This document shows, piece after piece, positions 38,058 through 51,418 of a stretch of DNA of 64,000 bases. The notes under the pieces were generated by a model. It saw nothing but the letters and a program-made list of their open reading frames with translations. It did not search any database and was not told the origin of the DNA. Position numbers and translations under genes: made by a program. This stretch comes from Vicugna vicugna. Lineage: Eukaryota. The stretch spans positions 4,780,508 to 4,844,507 of the forward strand of contig MU058584.1 in NCBI GenBank assembly GCA_013265495.1, in the 5' to 3' direction. Within the stretch, counting starts at the first letter, position 1, and each line of letters starts with the position of its first letter.

Positions 38058-41000
38058 TATTTTGAAATGGGTACAGTGATAAGTTCGTACAGGAAGGAAA
38101 TACGAGATGACCACTATTCTCCTTTTCAAAAAAAGGCAATTAATTTGCAAGCTCAGGGAAAGCTGTGGGTAGAGTGTATTGCCATGTCTGCTGGCATTTA
38201 GGAAAGCGTGTTCTGTGCTGTGTTGTTGGAGAAGACTGTAGAATATTTGACTGGATGTGCCCAGACTTGCTGGAACAAATAGCACCACTTTGCAGCCTGT
38301 GAGACGGTCTCTGGTTGAGGTAGAGGACTCTGTCCTTGACCTTGGCTTTGTCCTGTTCAAGAACATGACTTGATTGAGGAAAGAAGTATTTTGTAATCTA
38401 GCAGATGAGACAAAACTCAGAGGAACCAAGTGACAGTGACGGCAGGACAGAGATTTGAACATAATTTTCACAACCTGGAATTAGGCTGAAACTGCAATTA
38501 ACATGATGAAGCTAAAAACTTCATAGATTTAAAGAACGCAGTTGTTCAAATATAGAATAAGAAACGTTCCTGGGAAAAGATCTGGGAGTAATGAGATACA
38601 GCAGCTAAAGAGATGATGGGAATTCAGAGACACGCAGGCTCTTGGTAAGTGTGAAGACATGTGCCTGTGGACTCCGGTCCAGCGCATCCAGGCCTGCGGT
38701 CCACTGCGGATTGACCAGCTGAGGAAGAGACTGAGGGTCAGCAGTGCAGACAGGGCAGGCCCCCACGAGGGTTAGGAAGCTTGAGAGCAAAAACCCCCAC
38801 AAAAATAGGGGTGTTGTAAGAAAGAGTGGGGAAGTGTAAAGGGAGACATGAGAGTTATTTTAAGTCTTGAAAGACATTTCATGTAGAAGTGGGACTGATA
38901 ATTGTTGGTGGCATCCCGGGCCAGAGCTATTTCTCCAAACCTGCTCTCATCCAGTCTTCACCCACTCGGTTCCCAGCAACTCCATTCGATCAGGGCTCCC
39001 CGCGCGCTGACAAAAATACCAGCTCATCATCTTTTTAACCCCGTACTCTTCTCCTGACTACATTTTCCTTCACAGCATGAATTAGCAACTGAACCCTGAT
39101 ATTTACGTGTTTCTGGGCAGTTTCTGAGAGGCAGTAAGACCTTGCATATGATGCTGGGCGGTAGAGTCTGGCTGCCTGGTTCAGATCCTGGTCCTTGATT
39201 CTTTCTAAGCATCTTACTTCAGGCATGCTTGTTAACCTTTCTAAACTCCGTCTCCTCACCTACAAATTGAGGGGTAATAATTGTACCTGCTCCACAGGGT
39301 AATTGCAAGCATTAAATCATCCTGCAAAGAGCTTAGGAGCATGACTGCATAAGCACTCAGTAACTGTCTTCTGTTCTTGTTTTTTTTTATTATTACCACA
39401 TTAAAATGCAAACCTCCAATGCAAAACCTTCCTTTTAAGCAGAAACTCTGCTTTGTTTCAATCCTCTGACAAAGTAGGTGCTCTCTAAAAATTTGATGAG
39501 CCAATAGGTTTAATGGGCAGAAGTTTCAAGCAGCCAGAGGGTACTTTGTTATAAGTGGGAACTTGCCCCAAATCAAAGCTCTTCAAAATCAGAAAGTCTG
39601 TCTGGGAGATAATGGATCCAGGCACGCGAGATGCTGAGAGAGGGGCTGGTGGCCCTTGGTTTGGGGGTCGGGTACAGAGCATCTCTGCTTCGGGTGGGAT
39701 GGTGGAACTTCAAGGTGCTCTGTAGATTCTGAATGGAGAAGTGACCTGATGAAGGCACAAAAGTCATCATGACTTTGGTGCCAGGTAAGGTTTGTTTGGG
39801 TGGAAATAACAGAAAAAAGACTCTGGGCTTATAGCTCGTTGGGAAGCTGGAGAAGTAGGCTTGGTAAACAGGCAGGAACCAGGTTGGCCCTGGTGGGTCA
39901 TGAGATGGGGAGCACATTGCTTTAGTCACAGTTCTGGGTGATAAGGTTCACTGGCTTCTGTACCATGGATGGGGTGGACTCTGTCCTATGAAGACCCACA
40001 ACGTAGGAAATTCTCCCAAGTAACAAGTGGGTTGGTTGCCGGGCAGTGTGGCAAATTTCCCCTGTCCCCACCTGCTGAATGTCCACCTTCCCACTGAGCT
40101 CTAAGTGTTGGGGGGACAGTCTTGTCCTGCAGGCCCAGATGATGCTGTCAATTTGCACTCAGTTTCCAGTCAGCAGCCTCTCCTTTGCTATTTCTTCTTC
40201 TCCCAGTCAGCTTGCTTGGCGATGTGCAGCGTGTCTCTTCACGGCCACAGTTGAGGGCTGGCCTGAGGTGACTGGGTCCTCTTTGTAGCCTTAATGATCT
40301 AATAACACTAACAGGGGTCCTAAAGTATTAACAAACATGACTGCTACCGTGTCTGAGAATGAACCAGATGCTAAGCACTGGGCCAGGCCATTGATACGCG
40401 ATGCGGTATTTCTTTTAATCCTCACATGCTTGAGGAAGTTAATGTTTTTTCCGTCTCATAAGTGGGGAAACTGAGCTCCGTAAACATAAAGTGACTTTCT
40501 TAAGGTCGCAGAGTGAGGAAGTGTGGAGCTTGGATTTGTAAACCTTTGTCGGACTCTGGAGTCTGCACTCTCTTCTCCCATCATGTAGGTGGAAAACCAA
40601 AAGGGAAGGCATCTTCCACGTTTATCTCTGCAGAATTCCCAGAGCAGGTCTTTGGACTGGAGCTTGGTCTTCGCTAGCTGACTTCATTAAACAAACGTGT
40701 TTACTTTTACAGTAAAGGAACTCCGAAACTGTGAAACCAGCATAACCCTGGCCTCTGACCCCGCCACACAGGTGCACTCAGGTCACAGCGGGCGTGTCTG
40801 AACTGCCCTGGTGAAGGAGCAACAGGAGGGCTGGAGGCTCTCAAGTCTCTTCCTGGCCACAGCCTTTCTTCCTCCCCCCCAGGAAGAGCCTGCAGTGTGG
40901 GGCCCACTCCCTTTCACTGTCTTGCCTTGTCTCCATTTTTCTCTCCTCTCCTCTCCTGTCTTTTCCTCTTTCTGCTTCTTCTCTTTTTTTCTTTTGTTGT

Positions 41001-44000
41001 CTTTCTTCTTCAAGCTTAAGAATATTCCTTTTCTTCCCCACTTTTGCCCAGATCCCTGAAGAAAATCTCCCTTATTGACTAACTTTTTTTTCGTCTCTTC
41101 CATTTTCCCTTTTAATTTGCTTAGTTGATTTGTGGACAAAAAAAAAAAAAAGAAATCTTATTATTGATAAATGCACGAATATTGCCGCTAATGGATCTGG
41201 GTAAAGGAAATGAAAGTTCTAGATCTAAAGGGACCACGAGACAACTGGGACAGTCAGGATCTACAGTCCTGGAAGTCAGTTCGAAACATCCATGCAAGTC
41301 TTCAGACTCCTCCTTACCCACCTTTAAGAGACCTGTTTTATTTGCAAGCACAGGAACTCCATGAGTGAAAATGTTCAGTGGTGGGCAGTGAGCTAAGACC
41401 TGGAAGGCAGAAAAATAAACAAGAAAAGTTCATGCCCTCAGAGAACTCTCAGTCTAACTTTACTGATGATTTAAAGCCACTTTTTGGTATTCGGTATTCA
41501 TTTCTTGCATCACATTCACCACCTCTGCCCAAGTGGTTTCCCTTTTTTTGCAAAGGTGTACCATTTCAGATAGTCTTGGGGGTGGGAGTTAAGTTTTTGT
41601 AGGTGGTTTTGGAACCTAGTCATCTTTTACAAAAAATAGTTCTATTGGGAAATGCATTTTGAGTTCACGAAAACTGACTTAGACACAAACAGGGCACAAT
41701 CCCTTCATAGGTTGGGGAGGTCTGCCCGAATTTTATTGGAGCAATTCTCTAAGTCACTAGACTGACTCGTGGGCAACGGAAGCCTATATCCGGCACCATC
41801 TGGTGTCTGGGCGAAAGGAAGTGCAGTTCTCAGCATTTATTCTAAGACTTGACCTTATCATGCCACTGAGAAAATCCCAAGCTGGAAATGGCACCAGAGA
41901 CATAGATACAGGTTGCTAAATGGTCCTGTTATTTCCACCAGCCATTCACTTTGATCTTTGGGTTTTAGCTTTCTGCCTGTCCTCCTGTCATGGCCCTCCT
42001 CTGCCCCTTTCCTGGATCCTGTCACTCTTCATCTGTCCGGGCTACTTTCCAGTGAACCACTCTGTCCATAAAAGTCAGGTGGCAGTCTGGGAATGGATGG
42101 AGCTGTGGAGGGCTCGGGGAGCAGGGCCACTGGGAATCCTGGTTCTCCACGGACAGCAGAGGGAAGACGCAAGGTGGAACGAGCCAAGGGCTGTGAAAGT
42201 GCTTTGCTGACTGTGAGGTTATGATGATCATTATTACGCAAGCTTGTGCAAGAGAAGAAGGAGGTGATGGCTTGATTCTTCTATTCCTGGAAGACTCATG
42301 GGAAGAGCAGCAACACTGTGTACTTTAGAAGAGACAGAGAATCCATTTTTGGTAAAAATTAGTCATGAAAATTAGACTGGGTCCACAAAGCCCGGGGAGG
42401 GGGACTTACATCAGGTAAAAGACCCAAAGGGAGTGGGGGCAGTTTGACGGACTCTCTTCTTGTGCATTTCCTTTCAGATCTGATTTCTTTGGGTAACACC
42501 AGTGTTGGGGCCAAGGATTTATGGGTGTGGGTCAGGAGATAATACAGGAGAGTTAAGAACGTGTAGGTCACTCAGTGGAAGGAGACTCAGGTCCAGGAAG
42601 GTGACTGTGTGGTTACTTGTGAGACTATCAGCCAACTCTGAGGCACCCCAGTTTTTGAAAACACCATCGTGGTTGATAAACCAGAGCTCCTTCAATATTA
42701 TCACTGGCACCTAGCATCATTCCCTGAGCACCCATGATCACTTGGAAGACGTACGATTCAGGCAGCAAGTCACCTATTCAACCAGTGTTCACTAAATACT
42801 AGTCTTTGGCTAACAGGTGTGAAGCAGAATGAGAAGAAAGCGTCAAAAGAAGGAAGACAGGGCCTCTTCCGAGAGAAGCCCGTGTTCCTAATGAGAAGCA
42901 AACAGTACTGTGTAGGAATTAACGACAGCAAATGTAAGACAATAAGTAATGCAGCATGAAACCATGTACAGAGACCGTGAACGTCGGTGAAGAAGGCCAA
43001 AGCTGTCCTGGGTTGGGATGACTGGGCAAAGCTTCATGAAGTAGCTTGGTTCTCAAAAAGCAGGAAGGTGTCAGGTTTGCAGAGAGGAAGGAAAGCATGT
43101 TGGGGGAAAGGATAACCAGCTAGGAAGGAAATGGACCTGGGTAACTGGTTAAGGGAAGAGTTTCAACTGAATGAGAAGCTGGGAGTTAGACAGGAGAGCG
43201 CACAGCCCTCTTAGCCAGGGAAGTGTTGATTCTTGGTCCTAAAGGCAGTGGGGGAGCCACTGAAGATGTCTGGCAGGAGGAACGACGTGGCTTGAATCAA
43301 GTCATAGTTGATACTGGAATAGACTCAGGTATTTTTAGAGTTGGAAGAATCCTTGGAGAGCATAGAAGTCAAGCCCCTCACTTTTACAGGTGAGGAAACG
43401 GAGGCCCAGAGAGGCAGGAAGGCTGTCCAGCAAGTCAGTGGGATGGCCAGGTCTCTGATCCCACCCAGTGGTCCAGGGGTCCTTCCCTCCATGTTTTAGG
43501 CTGCAGTTTCGAAGATGAGGTTCAAGACTGCTCATTGTTGCCACCTCTTGGTCAGCCAGGCTCAGCCTATGCCCCTTGTCCATCTGGGATTTGGATAATC
43601 TTGGAAGAGATGAACCTTCTTGGCACTGAGAGCTGTGTCCAAGCAATGAATATTGGGAGATTGGAAATATGGCTGATGACTGATTGATCATACAGCTTGG
43701 ACATTTGTTCTTTCATCAAATATTTATTAAACACCTACTAGGTAAGAAGCACCACGTGACATGCTGAGGAGACGACTGGGTTTTTTAGACTAGTGGAAAA
43801 CAAACAATTAGAATCTAGCCTAGGAAGTGCCAGGCGGGAGGTAAAAACTCGGGAGTCGTGTGTGCGCGCACAGGGAGAGGCCACTAGCCCAGTGCTGGGG
43901 TGGGGGGAGCAGGGTGATGGGCAGTTAGGTCAAGAGCTAGCGAAGGGGAAAACTTTCCAGGCAGAAGAAAAGCTCAAATTAAGGAAGGGGTGGGGAGGGG

Positions 44001-44167
44001 GATAGAGATAGAGGTGGGGGCGGGCGGAGGTACACGCAGGGTCTTTACTAGGCTCAGTGTCTGAAGCATTGCCTGCTGGCTTGGGGGTGTGAAGGGTGAG
44101 ACAGGAGAGGTCAGTGGAGCAGACAGTGAAGATATTTTGAGACCATTTAAAGAACTTGGATTTTAAA

Positions 44168-44267
44168 AACCACTTTTTTATATGTTTGTTAATGGAGGTA
44201 CTGGGGATTGAACCCAGGACCTCATGCACGCTAAGCCTGTGCTCTACCACTGAGCCACACCCTCTCC
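44168..44267 (-). mobile_element. tRNA-Ala-derived SINE (Vic-1-like)
   Basis: Antisense tRNA-like head; 16-bp TSD gaacttggattttaaa at 44152-44167 and 44272-44287. Confidence 0.92.
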
Positions 44268-47197
44268 ATAGGAACTTGGATTTTAAATGGTGGGTAGTGG
44301 GGAGCCATTCGTCTGTTCAGTAGGAACTTAGGGAAGACTTACTCTGTGTAGATGTTGTTCTGTGCCTAATATTAACCTCAGGCACGCTTCCAGGCAATTC
44401 TCAAGAGACAGGTATTATTGTTATCCCCATTTTACAGGTGAGGAAACCAAAGGCCCAGGGAAGGTAGGTCACTTGTTCAAGGTCACCCGGGTAGTAATGG
44501 GAGAGTCAGGATCTGAGACCAGGCAGTCCAGCTTCGGGGCACACAATCTTAACCACTGTGCTCCGTGGCCTCATTTAAGGGTTTGAAGCAGAGACGTGAC
44601 ATGGCCAGAGAAAAGCCTGAGGACGGCCTCTCTGCCTGCAGTGCGGAAAGACCTGTCGGTGAGGAAACGGGCCTGAGATGCGGCTTTCCGAGTGAGAGGG
44701 TAGGTGCTGCGGGCGGCCGCCCAGAAGTGCTGTCCCTGAACCCGGGGGTCGCAGCTGCCTCCTCCGAGGTGTGGACAGTAGCATCTCCTGATGGTTTCAT
44801 GACTGTTACCTTGTGAGGTGCTGGAATAGACACACGTTTGTGGGTGTGGAGGGGAGAGCAACAGAGATGACTGAGGAAACGGAGGAAGGGTGATGGTAGT
44901 CAGAATTAGCTGTCTGAGCCGAGTGCCTCCCGGAGGGCTTCCGTGGAAAGTCAGGGTAGGAGTCAGGTGGACGGAAAGCAGGTCCCACTCTGCCCAGCTC
45001 AGCCCTGCGCTGGGTCCACACAAAGGCTGTGTATCGTCGTCTGCATCGTAGCTCCGGGCCTGGCCCCTCGCTGGCCGCTGGGCTTCTGGGGCAGAGCCTC
45101 CCAGGAGAGTAAGTCAGGCAGACGGTGGGCTGGGAGAAGGCAGGAGCTCCTCCCACCCGGCCTGACCTGCCAGGATACAGCCTTGCCTTTTCATCTTCAG
45201 GGCGTCCCTCTTTGCTGCTGTGGGAAGGGAAGATGGAGAAAAACGGCTGAATGGGTCTGACCCAGGAGGATGCTGTTGTGCTGCGACCTTCACAGCCCCG
45301 ATTCCCTAACACCTGGCACAGCACTTAGCTGCGATCATGCTCAGCAAGCATTGATGAATGGATGGATGAATGCTTGCCATGCATATCAGAAAGTCCGGCA
45401 AAGTCCAATTTATAGCTGGGGATATTGAAGCCACCAGAGACCGACAGCTATGAGGGATCAAGGATGTATCTGGAGTTTTGTATTTTGGAAACTCAGACTG
45501 GGGAAGGGTTGGGTGAACATCCTTCCTGCTCTGGAGGGGGACTGTTGCTTCTGAGGCAGGCCACCCCCTCCTTAGAAACCTCTGAGAGACTCATCCTTTA
45601 GAAACAGAGAGAAGTGACCTATTATTTGGGGGTTAAAAGCTCATTTTGCAAGAACACCCAGCTGAGCGGCTGAGTTACGGTGGGGAGGGTGGAGGCTATC
45701 CTGGCTCCCTCCCTGCTGCAGGCTGACTCACTCCCCTCTGAGGCAGACAGATTGCGTCTTGCGTGGGAGCTGCTATGCAGAGCTCAAAGCTGTTCTCTGA
45801 GTGTTACAGGAATTACAACCTGCTGAAGGGAACAATTGTTCTAAATATGTTCTTTTAATGATACTTTATTTTTATGATCATTTCATTAATGGGCTCCTGA
45901 GAGGAAACAGCAGGTGCCACTGTCTTCAGGAAATCATTTGCTTTTCTCCTTGGGGGCACTTGGTCTATTGGCTCTGAAATCTAAACCCCGCCATGTCAGG
46001 TCAGGCCTGACTTTTAGTGCCTCTGTGCCTGGCATAAGTCCCGGGCTAAAATCCCTTTCGTAAGGCTGCTGCCTTGGGATCAGAATCTCTGGGTGTTCTC
46101 CCCCACCCCAGCAGATGGCATCACCCAGGGATCTGATGATTTAGCAAGACCCTGAAGAGGCATTATTGGCTCATTATCATCAAAATCTGTCAGAGCAGAG
46201 CTGACAGCTGTCAAGGTCTCTAAGGCAACAGGAAGGAGCAGATATACTGTGTGCATGATTTCTCCAGGTACCAAGGCTGAAAGTTCACCTCCCCAGGATG
46301 GGACCTGGCTGGCAGGGGCCCTCACTGCTTGTGAGCACACCCCTTAACCCTGGATGATGGCTTTTGGTTCTGTTCTATGGGAGACGTGGCGAGAGGGAGA
46401 TTTCTAACCCCTCTTAGTTTGCAAAGCTCCGGGAGTGTCTGGTGGCCCCTTTGATAAGGCAGGTGTCGCTCTTGTCAATTTCCGCTGCGTGAACATGAAC
46501 AAGAGAGGGCCCTCAGAACAGCAGGACCTGTCGTGAATGTTATCAGGAGTCAGGCTGCACGGAATGCCCAACCGGCTTGTTAACCCAGCACCATTTAACA
46601 CCAGCCCTTTGCTAGGTGCCTGCTGGGGGCCTGCGGCAGGAAAGTGAAAGACGGGCGTAGCTTCTAGGAGCTCACAGACTAGCAAATGGTTCCCAAAGAA
46701 TTTGAAAAATAAGTGCCAAGCGCTCAGCTTCCTCATATATGAAACAGAGGTCGTAAAAACCTAATGGTGATGTTGGGAGGGCTTAAAGGAATAATGCCTA
46801 TAGAGAAAGCACTTTGTACTTTGCCTGGCACGTAGTACATGCACATTATTTGTTGAAGGAATAAATGAATAAAGATGAATAAAGGGGACACAGGGGAGCA
46901 AGCATGCATATTGTGCAGGTAACTATGAAGTCCAAGTTAGCATTTTAAGTTAGCATTTTCCAGGTAGGGGGAAGTGGTAGAGGTTAGTTTGGGAACGGGC
47001 TGGCCTATTATCCAAGTCAGGCAGCATGAAGGCTGGGGGCTGACTGTTGGAATTGGTCACCGAGGGAGTGCTAAGCTGGGCTGGAGACACAAAGTCAAAG
47101 GGTCATCAGAACAAGGAGTCCTCAGGTGACTATTGGCATCCAGGGTGCAGTGTCAGTGAGGATTTGAGAGGCAGGGCAGGGTGAGGGGAGTGTGGAC

Positions 47198-47302
47198 AGA
47201 ACGGGTGAATGCATTTGGAGGCATGAGGCCCCGCCCGCTGGGATATCCCCTCTGTTGGAGATGCGTTTGCATAGGTGGGCCTCGTCTTTGAAAGGCACTG
47301 GA
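47198..47302 (+). other. Sequence apparently orthologous to the human MIR557 hairpin locus (function not implied)
   Basis: gtttgcataggtgggcctcgtct (47265-47287) matches my recollection of hsa-miR-557 (GUUUGCACGGGUGGGCCUUGUCU) at 20/23. Flanks agaa.ggg, tttggagg and ttgaaagg also match, and MIR557 lies downstream of TBX19 in human. Confidence 0.65.
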
Positions 47303-49199
47303 GGTAGAGGCTCCCTCCTGAAGCGCTTCCATTTCCCTCTGACCTCTACTTGTTCTGAGCGCAGAGTTAGTGTTAAATTAATGTATGTTGAATTGAATGC
47401 TGCTTCCCCTTCCGCTGATGCCCCTGGTTCTTAGCAGAGCGTAATTATTCAGCGCGTGGCCCCCAGGGCCAGGCTGCCTAGGTTTACTCCTGCTTCTGCC
47501 CCTTGCTAGGTGTGTAGCCTTGCTGGACAATCTCTCTTGGCCTTAATTTTCTCATCTGTTGAAGGTGAATTAATACCTCTCAGAGATGCTATGAGGATGA
47601 GGTGAGTTAGTATAAGTAAAATGCCAAAACAGTGCCTCACACATTCTAAATTCTCCATAAATTTTAGGCATCATTATTACCACTTTCACCATTGAAATAA
47701 AGATCTGTGAGATTCTAGTGGATAACCAAGTCAGAGAGCCCTGATTTGGAAGAAGGATCTTTGGATCTGATCCTACATGGCTGCATCCTAATGACCAGGG
47801 CCTGGCACATAGCAGGTGCTCCGAAAATATGTGTTGCTTTGAATTGTGTAGACTGGAATTGCTGGGGCAGAGTGGGGATGGGCCCAGGGTCTTTCCAGCA
47901 GTTGCCTGACTTTAGAAAGGTGAAGGTCTTCGGGACTGGGACTGGGACGAAGGCACAGCTGGGATCCTTGAGCAAAAGATTTGGGAAATGACCAGAAATG
48001 AGAAGTAGGGGAGGCAAGGGAGAGAGGGGAGTGAGAATGACTCTGACTGTGGCCAGCTCCATCCTTGGATGGCAGAAATTCGGGTTTGGGTCTGTGCTCA
48101 GCTTTTGACTTTGCGTAGGATGGGATTTGCTGGCGGGGGCGAGGAGGCACTGTCCGTATTTCTCATCATCTGGTGTCTTATCTGTAAAATGAAGTCATGT
48201 GTTTGTTTGTGAGAACCCAGTAAGACTGCATCCGTGAGGGTGCTCAATCAGCTAAAAATGCCATGGAAACATTATGACTAGTATAATTGTCTATCTCACT
48301 GAAACCTTGATTCTCGAGCAAGCCGTCAACCCTTCCACCTCAGGGATATTTGCATTTTCAGAGACAGTCTAGGAAAAAGTCAAAGGAATGAGTGGTGAAT
48401 GCTGGAATACCACCTCTATGCAAGAAAGCCCTCTTGTCTCAAGCAAGGGGCTCAGCAAGCTGAGCTGGAAGAGGCGGATGGAGAGGGTGTCTTAACATGA
48501 GTGGCTATAAAATGCTTCCAATTTCCATTACTTCTTTGAATTTCCATGGCTCTTTTCTTTCTTTCTTTCTTTTTTTTTAAACCCCTGTAAGTTGTAAAGT
48601 GTCACAGAGGGTCAGAGTGAGAACTCTCTCTGGTGAGGCTGAGTAAAGGTGAGAGCAGGAGTCAGCGGAGGGGGATGTGGAGCACACGGCAGGTCAAATC
48701 TGGGTCTGACTGTGAGTGAGGGTGATGCTCGGGAGAAGGGAGAGTAGGCTCTGGTTTCTTGGGTTGTTGAGCCCTTTCTTGCCTCTAACAATTGGAAAGA
48801 TGCCAGGAAGGTGATGGGCCCTGAAGAAACAGACGTAGATACAAATGTTTCTGACATTTAGCCACACAGACCATTGTCCAAACATGGTAAAGTACACATA
48901 CCTCTTGGAGGTGCTTTCACCCAAAAGAGGAAAATTGAACCTTTTGGGAGGTGACAAAGACTCACTTTTTAAAAAAACTGGTGAGAGATACACAGCATAA
49001 AACAGTTACTCCTGAATATAAATCAATAATGTGTTCCCAGAGAGTAAAATTCCTCTCGCTTTCATACGAATGTCATAAATAAATTGAAAGTGTTATAATG
49101 TGGAAATAATGAATCCACATTGTACTTTATGGGGAAATGTTTTTTCATTTCTTCTCTAGTGCACATAAACCTATTTTTTTCAATATTGATCAAAAGACA

Positions 49200-49965
49200 A
49201 TTCTTTTGGATTTTCTATACAGATGATCATGTTCTCTGTGAACAAAGGCAGCTTTATGTCTTCCTTCCAGATTTGCTTATCCTTTATTTCCTTTTCTTGT
49301 CTTCTTGCATGAGCTGGGACTTCCAGCACAATGTTGAAAAGGGGTGGTGAGAAGGGACAGCCTTGTCTTGTTCCTGATCTTAGTGGGAAAGTTTCAAGTT
49401 TCTCACCACTAAGTATGATTTTAGCTGTAGACTTCTACATTGGTATTCTTGAGAAAGTTTCTTCTGTTTCTGGTTTACTATCATTTTTTTATCATGAATG
49501 GGTGCTAGATTTTGTCAGATACTTTTCCTACATTTATTGATATCATTGTGAGATTTTTCTTTTTTTAGCCTGTTGTGATGGATTAAATTAATTGATTTTC
49601 AAATGTTGAACCAGCCTTGCATACCTGGGATATATCCCACCTGGCCATGGTGCATGATTCTTTTTATACATAGTGGCTTTGATTTGCTAGTATTTTGTTG
49701 AGGGTTTTTTTGCATCTATATTCATGAGAGATATTAGCTTATAGTTTTCTTTGCTTGTAATGTCTTTGTCCAGTTTTCATATTAGGGTAATACTGTCCTC
49801 ATCAAATAGAAATATCCCTGCTTCTATCCTCTGAAAGAGATAGTAGAGAATTGGTATAATTTTTTCCTTTAAATGTTTGGTGGAATTTATCAATGAACCT
49901 ATCTGGGCCTGGTGCTTTCCATTTTTGAAGGTTATGGATTATTAATTAAATTTCTTTAATAGATA
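49200..49965 (-). mobile_element. L1 ORF2 (reverse-transcriptase region) fragment, degenerate
   Basis: ccttgtcttgttcctgatcttagtgggaaag...ttgaaccagccttgcatacctgggat...atctgggcctggtgcttt is antisense L1 ORF2; homologous to 11560-11880. Confidence 0.85.
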
Positions 49966-51009
49966 CCAACACATGTGTAGAAATGAGGATACAGACGCAA
50001 GTGGTACTTCACACACAATTTTCGGTTGGGGAGGGCATCTTGAACCCAAATAGTGCTTGTCTTAGGGTACAGATGGCAGAATGAGGGAAAGGCCTGCCGA
50101 GGGGGCTCTTTTGGCATGAGGAAGTGCTTCTCAACCTTCTCCAGTTTATGCTAGATAGTAATGGCTGTAATTATACTATGCATAGAGAATCATAGTAATT
50201 GGGCGGCACACTGGGGTTCACTGTGGGGACCGCTGCTAACATGAGGGGTGTAACTCTGCAATTTAGACCCCCAGTCCCAGCCTAGTGACCCTGGAGACTT
50301 CAAGGGCATATCTTCTGGCACACCAGTGACCCATTTGCAGCATGCCGTAGAAAGCTCTGGCTTGAGGAACCAACTTGTCTTGCTCGTGGGAGAGAGGATC
50401 AAGTTTTCCAAGCATCATTGAAGAATGATGCCTTGGAGCCAGAGACCAGGGTCAATTTTGAGTGCAGCGTTCATCCTGCAGGAGTCTTTGTAGCTCAAGG
50501 ACCACCAGTTAAATGATGCGTGTTGACTGCCTATTAAATGCTATGCTCTGTGTAGTGAGCAGAAGACCCTGTGGAACATGCCTGTATCCTGAGGAGGAGG
50601 GGGAAAGCTGTTTCTGTAAAATCTCTGAGAGCCCCAGCCCCAGAGTAGGAGGACTTCTGCTGCTCCATTGGGTTAGGACACTGGGCCTCTGGCTGTCAGG
50701 GGGTGGTAGGCATTGACTGAATCTATGGCTCTGGCACCAGAGCATCTTCTTGAGGCTGGCACAGCAGACTCAGAAGAAGCAGTGACAGAAGGCAACAGCC
50801 GTGGCCAGAGCTGAAGGCCTTTTTCTGGGGACTCTTGAAACTTAGTGCCTTCGCAGCACTTTTGAGAGTTTCAGAGAGCTCACAATGGGAGCAGGAGTGA
50901 AGAAAACTGACTGATGCCAGTTCTGTGAGCATGTGGAGACAGACAGAAACTGGATATGGAGACAGGAGAGATACTGGGCTCCTGTTCTAACAAGGGCAGT
51001 GTTAAATAA

Positions 51010-51418
51010 TGTTGTTATAAACTGAATGTGTCACCACTTCTCCCCGCTCCCTCCACCCCTGCCCCTCTTTGATGTATGGAAGCCATAACCTCCAATGTGG
51101 TGGTATTTGGAGATAGGACTTTGGGGAGGTAATAAGGTTCGATGAGGTCATGAAGGTGGGACATTGATCTGATGGGATTAGTGTCCTTAGAAGAAGTGAC
51201 ACCAGAGAGCTTGCTGTGTCTCCATGAGCATGCACTGAGGAGAGGTCATGTGAGCACAAAGTGAGAGTGTGGCTGCCTACAAGTCAAGAGAAGAAGTCTC
51301 AGAATTAAACCTACCTTGCCAACACCTTGATCTTGGAACTACCAGCCTCCAGGACTGGGAGAAATAAACCTCTGTTGTTTAAGTCACCCAGCCTACGGTA
51401 GCCCAAGGAGACTAATAC
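51010..51418 (+). mobile_element. MLT1A/B-type MaLR LTR
   Basis: ggtatttggagataggactttgggg...gatgggattagtgtcctt...ccagcctccagga..gaaataaacctctgttgtttaag...gactaatac. Confidence 0.82.
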
